From positions 35,154,137 to 35,218,136 of the forward strand of contig NC_057719.1 in the NCBI RefSeq assembly GCF_004010195.1: a stretch of DNA of 64,000 bases, in the 5' to 3' direction. Both the position numbers and the translations under genes were made by a program. The notes below the pieces were generated by a model. That model made no database searches. It was not told the origin of the DNA and saw only the letters and a list, made by a program, of their open reading frames with translations. Shown piece by piece: positions 59,433-64,000 of this stretch (position 1 is the stretch's first letter; each line of letters begins with the position of its first letter). This DNA is from Chiloscyllium plagiosum. Its lineage: Eukaryota.

Positions 59433-61350
59433 CATAGGAACCTCTATTATCTGAAGGTGATGGGTGGGCAGTTTTTCATTCGGATAATTGATTATTCGGA
59501 TAATTGATTTGATCTTAAAATGAAGCCATATTGCACATAATTATGTTAAAAAGCATGTTTACAGAGATTTTGTTTCATTCATTCATTAAATTTGTACAAT
59601 CACTGGATATCGCTTAAAAATTCATGATATTTTACAAACCAAATCACTTTTTGTGTAAATAAAATTCATTGGGATGGAGGTCGGTTATTATTTTTCGAAG
59701 AAAATATCCAGCCACTGTTGTTTGAGGTGCTGCTGTCTTTTATTTTGCAAACGATAACATTTGACAAAGATGCATCAACGTAATGGCATCAACTTCATCT
59801 TGTGTTTCATATCACTCCATGAAAAGTTGAAAACTGTCGATAGCTTTGTTCATCGGGACTGGAGGAGGTGTCAGTATCTGATTTTCCTTACCATCCACGG
59901 TGTCCATACTTTTCTGCTGTTTTTCCGCGACTATTGATTATCTGATCATTACTGAGTGTCTCTGTACCGATGTCATTGTCACAGTTTACCCAAACATCGA
60001 TCTCAGCCTCTACAAAGTCTCCTAATCCCAACTGTCTGCAGTTCTCGGTGATGTCAGTGGTTAGCCTTTGAGCTGGATGGGTGTCCTTTTCACTGACATG
60101 ACTACCAACATGCAAGCCACTCTACCAACACTCCACGACTATTGATGGCTTGATGCGGTCCCAAGGTTCAGCAATCATGAACAAAGCGTCCTTGACTGTG
60201 AATGCCTTCATAATTTCCTGCACTCCTTTGTCTGCACTGTCTTCACCAAGGGCAGCACGCAACATGTTAGGGCATTTTTTTTTCATTATTGCGATGATTC
60301 CCTGATCGAGCAGCTGTAACCTTGAAGTCATGTTTGGTGGTAAAAACAAGCACTTGATAGCTCCGTCTGGTGATTCTAATTGGCTGCCTTTCATAGTGTG
60401 TGCCCCTGCATTGTTAACAAGCAGAAGGCACATTGCTCAAGTCCAGCGCTTGCTTAATGTAACCTGATGACAGGTACAAATTCTTCCTGAAATCAGGATG
60501 ACGAAAGTGGATATGTCATCCATGCCTTGTTTTGTGCTCTGTACTTCATGGGAAACGAGTTCTTGAAGCAATGTGGATTAACATAACGCCCGATGCAGAC
60601 GAGTACTGGTGGAATTGACACAAGGGAAAATCGTAATGTAATTCTTTTGCATTTTATGTCCCGACACCTGCTTTTCTGCGGTGGATGCAAGTGTTTTGTC
60701 CAGCAGTGCACACCAAAACAATCCACTTTCATCAGCATTGTACAATTGCTCAGGTTCATAATTTCCTTCATGAATGATGGATTGTAGTTTCTGTCTGTAT
60801 CCTTCCACGGTGCTGTCATCCGCGGACTTCAGCTCTACCTAATGACGTGACGATGTTTGAAGCGCTGTAACCAGCCCAATGATACGCTGTGATCGGCCTC
60901 ACTGGTGTTGAGTTGTTCAGGGAACAACTGGCAGCTTTTTCTAGTATCATTGGGCCAGATTTAGGAATCACCATGCCTTGTTTTGTGCTCTGTGTTTCAT
61001 GGGAAATGAGTTCTTGAAGCAACGTGGATTAGCATAACGCCCGATGCAGACGAGTACTGGTGGCATTGACACAAGGGAAAATCGTAATGTGATTCTTCTG
61101 CTGTGAAAACCTCAAAACTACAGCTTGGTCGAGTTGCTCATCTTTTGCTGGCTTCATGGATTTTATTTTTAATGCACTTGAAGTATCACTTTGGTTGATA
61201 CATTTCTCAATCACTGGTCTTTCTTTCCTGATGTGGAACACTGTTGCTATTCCAATGTGAAATCTTTGCCTTTTCACCATGATCCAGGCACTTTTAAAAA
61301 CTTGCTTTTCTGTTAATTGTCACTGCTGTCCGCCTACTCTTCACAGACAT
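59433..61350 (-). mobile_element. Degraded Tigger/pogo-type DNA transposon (CENP-B-like HTH and DDE)
   Basis: Fragments DEQLDQAVVLRF, SGPMILEKA, LYNADESGLFW, LLLVNNAGAH and FLPPNMTSRLQLLDQGII; terminal-repeat-like TA-cataggaacctctattatctgaa at ~59431. Confidence 0.85.
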
Positions 61351-61974
61351 GGTAAGTACGTACAACATACTCGATCACTTATGATAGATACATACTCTGA
61401 ACAACGTCATGGAGGGAATGAAGACACCACTGACTTCTGAACTGTTGTTTCTTAAAATTACTTACAAAGTCAACTACCTATTAGGTAACTGATCACGAAT
61501 TACCTGAGATCAGCAGTTGTATTAGGCTAAATAAAAAGGCTTATAAAGTGACCAAAAGTAGTAATAAATGTGAGGATTGGCAAGTTTTAAAAATGCAGGA
61601 AAGGAGGAGTAAGAAACTGATGAGGAAATAGTCAATAGAACACAAGTGCAGTCTAGAAAAACAAGAACATTATAAAAGCTTCTGCAACTAAGTAAATATG
61701 ATTATAGGATTTAGCTATATATTTGACTAAGACACTGGTTATGGGATTAGACACTGTTCTCTGTAGCCAGGATTGATTTCTAAAGGCTGTTTTGCCTATC
61801 TGGTGCCAGGGTTAAGGATATTTTATTGGGGCTGCAAGGGCAAGGACTAAGGCTTCTGCAGTACTACCTTCTGCATCCCTCTACCTGTTTCACTCAGTCA
61901 CACCTTGCTGTCCCTAACCAATGACCAGATTGGAGGAGGTTAATCTAAGGGGTGTGACTAGCTCCAGAACGTTC

Positions 61975-62480
61975 CTGAACCCAACACCAGATGCTGAGCA
62001 GAGGTTGAGAGCCAAGTTCGGTAACCATGAGGACAGTCTCAACCAGAATCTTGACTTCATGTCGCCCTACAGCTGATCCCACCACACGATACACTCTCTC
62101 ATAGACACTCACACACACACAGTCTGTCACACAAAAACACTCACACAGTCTCTGTCTCGCTCTCACACACTCTCTCGAGCGCGCAAGCTCACTCAACACA
62201 TAAATCTACGGGGTAAATTCGCATTTGCAGATTTGTATTTACAGGTACATACTATTTTGTTCAAAAAGCACACTATTTGTAGAAAGTCAGTCAATGTGAC
62301 ATTTTATAAGTTCCTGCTTTAGAAATAAAACCAGTCTGACTCCCAAGTCGTGAAACTGACTCCAAACCAGACCTCACGCCTAAAATGCATTGTCTCACCT
62401 GAAATGTCACCTCTTTTATATTGATAAAGAGTTAAGTTATCTTGGGGCAGTGATTTGAAAGGAATTCTGGGATGTACATA
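61975..62480 (+). mobile_element. PLE fragment: endonuclease C-terminus and CA-rich 3' region
   Basis: gctgagcagaggttgagagccaagttcggtaaccatgaggacagtctcaaccagaatcttgacttcatg translates as AEQRLRAKFGNHEDSLNQNLDFM, resembling the PLE ExxLIxxFxTxxxGLNxDxGF end motif. Confidence 0.55.
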
Positions 62481-62704
62481 TTACACGTTTATACTCATGT
62501 ATAGGTCAAACTTTTAAGACTATTTTAAAGGTTCAGTTTAGAGGGTCGACTAATACACAGGCACAAGTTTTGAGGGGCTGAAATTCATGTTGCATTTTGG
62601 AATACTGTATTGGCAGAAGTTGATTTGATCGCACAACTAATTCTGAGTAAAGAAGAAAAACAATGAATTACAGTGAAGGTAATTACTGGTACAAAAAATT
62701 TATC

Positions 62705-63338
62705 ATTGAATCCCTACAGTGTGGAAACGGGCATTTCAGCCCAACAAGTCCACACCACCCCTCCAAAGAGTAAACCATCCAGACCCATTCCCCCTATCCT
62801 ATATTTACCCCTGACTAATACATCCCTGAACACTATGGGCAATTTAGCATGGCCAATTCACCTAATCTACACACCTTTGGATTGTGGGAGGAAACTGAAG
62901 CACCTGGAGGAAACCCATACAGGCACAGGGAGAATGTGCAAACTCCACACAGTTGTCTAAGGCTGGAATCGAACCCGGGTCCCTGGCGCTCTGAGGCAGC
63001 AGTGCTAACCACTTTACATTTTACATTACATTACATTACAGTGTGGAAACAGGCCCTTTGGCCCAACAAGTCCACACCGACCCACCGAAGCGCAACCCAC
63101 CCATACCCCTACATTTACCCCTTACCTAACACTACAGGCAATTTAGCATGGCCAATACACCTGACCTGCACATCTTTGGACTGTGGGAGGAAACCGGAGC
63201 ACCCGGAGGAAACCCACGCAGACACGAGGAGAACGTGCAAACTCCACACAGTTGTCCAAGGCAATTGAAGCGGGAATTGAACCTGGGTCTCTGGCGCTGT
63301 GAGGCAACAGTGCTAACCACTGGACCACCATGCTGCCC
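62705..63338 (-). mobile_element. Two tandem HE1-type SINEs (~62705-63012 and ~63015-63338)
   Basis: Each has the tRNA head, central domain and LINE-shared tail; the second has a (TTACA)n tail. Confidence 0.85.
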
Positions 63339-63397
63339 CAATATCAAACAGTCTTTGAAATCGTGCAAAATAACACTCTTCAACATTGTCATGGCCT

Positions 63398-64000
63398 GGG
63401 AGAAAGTGAGGACTGCAGATGCTGGAAACCAGAGTTGAAAAATGTGGTGCTGGAAAAACACAGCAGGTAAGGCAGCATCTGAGGAGCAGGAGAATCGATG
63501 TTTAAGGCATAAGCCCTTCTTCAGGAATGAGGCTGCTGTGCTAAGTGGGCTGAGATAAAGGGTAGAGGGGAGGGAATTTGGGGGAGGGGTGCTGGGAATA
63601 TAATAGGTGGAAGGAGGTGAGGGTGATAGGCCGGAGAGGGAGTGGGGACGGAGAGGTCGGGAAGAAGATTGCAGGTCAAGAGGCGGTGCTGAATCCAGGG
63701 GTTGGGACTGAGATAAGGTGGGGGGAGGGGAAATGAGGAAGCTGGAGGAATCTACATTCATCCCGTGTGTTTGGAGGGTTCCTAGGCGGAAGATGAGGCC
63801 CTCTTCCTCCAGACCTGCATGTCATTGGCAGGGTGGGAGGGGGAGTTAAAGTGTTCAGCCACAAGGTGGTTGGGTTGGTTGGTGCAGGTGTCCCAGAGAT
63901 GTTCCCTGAAACATTCCGCAAGTAGGCGGCATGTCTCCCCAATGTAGAGGAGACCACATCAGGTGCAACGGATACAGTAAATGATGTGTGTGGAGGTGCA
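63398..64000 (-). mobile_element. PLE family-1 element (GIY-YIG region to terminus), cut by the window end
   Basis: The minus strand encodes IIYCIRCT..GLLYIGET..RLLAE-type GIY-YIG residues, followed by a degenerate hammerhead (~63496-63524) and the common terminus. Confidence 0.85.

Noticed and set aside
59433..61350. Domesticated TIGD/CENP-B-like gene
   Set aside because: Multiple stops, frameshifts and an internal duplication; it is a transposon relic.
62484..62600. Possible pogo/mariner-type terminal repeat (tacacgtttatactcatgtataggtc)
   Set aside because: No matching second terminus was found, and it is too degenerate to call.
39727..63338. tRNA genes at the A/B-box motifs
   Set aside because: All continue into SINE bodies and tails and do not close a cloverleaf.

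Overview
This is repeat-dense vertebrate genomic DNA, most likely from a shark or other elasmobranch (inferred from HE1-type tRNA SINEs, CR1/HER1-type LINEs and a Deu-domain SINE). Two host genes point away from each other. NEMF coding exon 1 lies on the minus strand (2172-2227). Three coding exons of the ciliary kinase MOK lie on the plus strand (39179-39293, 49557-49646, 57013-57083), and the gene runs past the window end. No mammalian-type 7-nt coding exon 1 is visible for MOK. Instead, three open, phase-1-compatible upstream exon candidates (15597-15705, 35168-35200, 37794-37889) could add an N-terminal extension of about 79 aa from a distal GC-box/RFX/forkhead promoter. The most striking non-genic signal is a set of at least three families of Penelope-like (PLE) retroelement termini carrying minimal hammerhead-ribozyme motifs. 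Many occur as short fold-back insertions with 10-16 bp target-site duplications, often inverted in or next to the ribozyme. One has captured 84 bp of nearby genomic DNA between its arms. Also present are CR1 LINEs (one with a zinc-finger/esterase ORF1), Rex1/Babar and RTE fragments, a degraded Tigger/pogo transposon, a 5S-tRNA composite, an old fold-back element and two assembly gaps, both inside PLE copies. All calls come from reading the sequence by eye and from recalled family motifs; no searches were run, and repeat boundaries are approximate.
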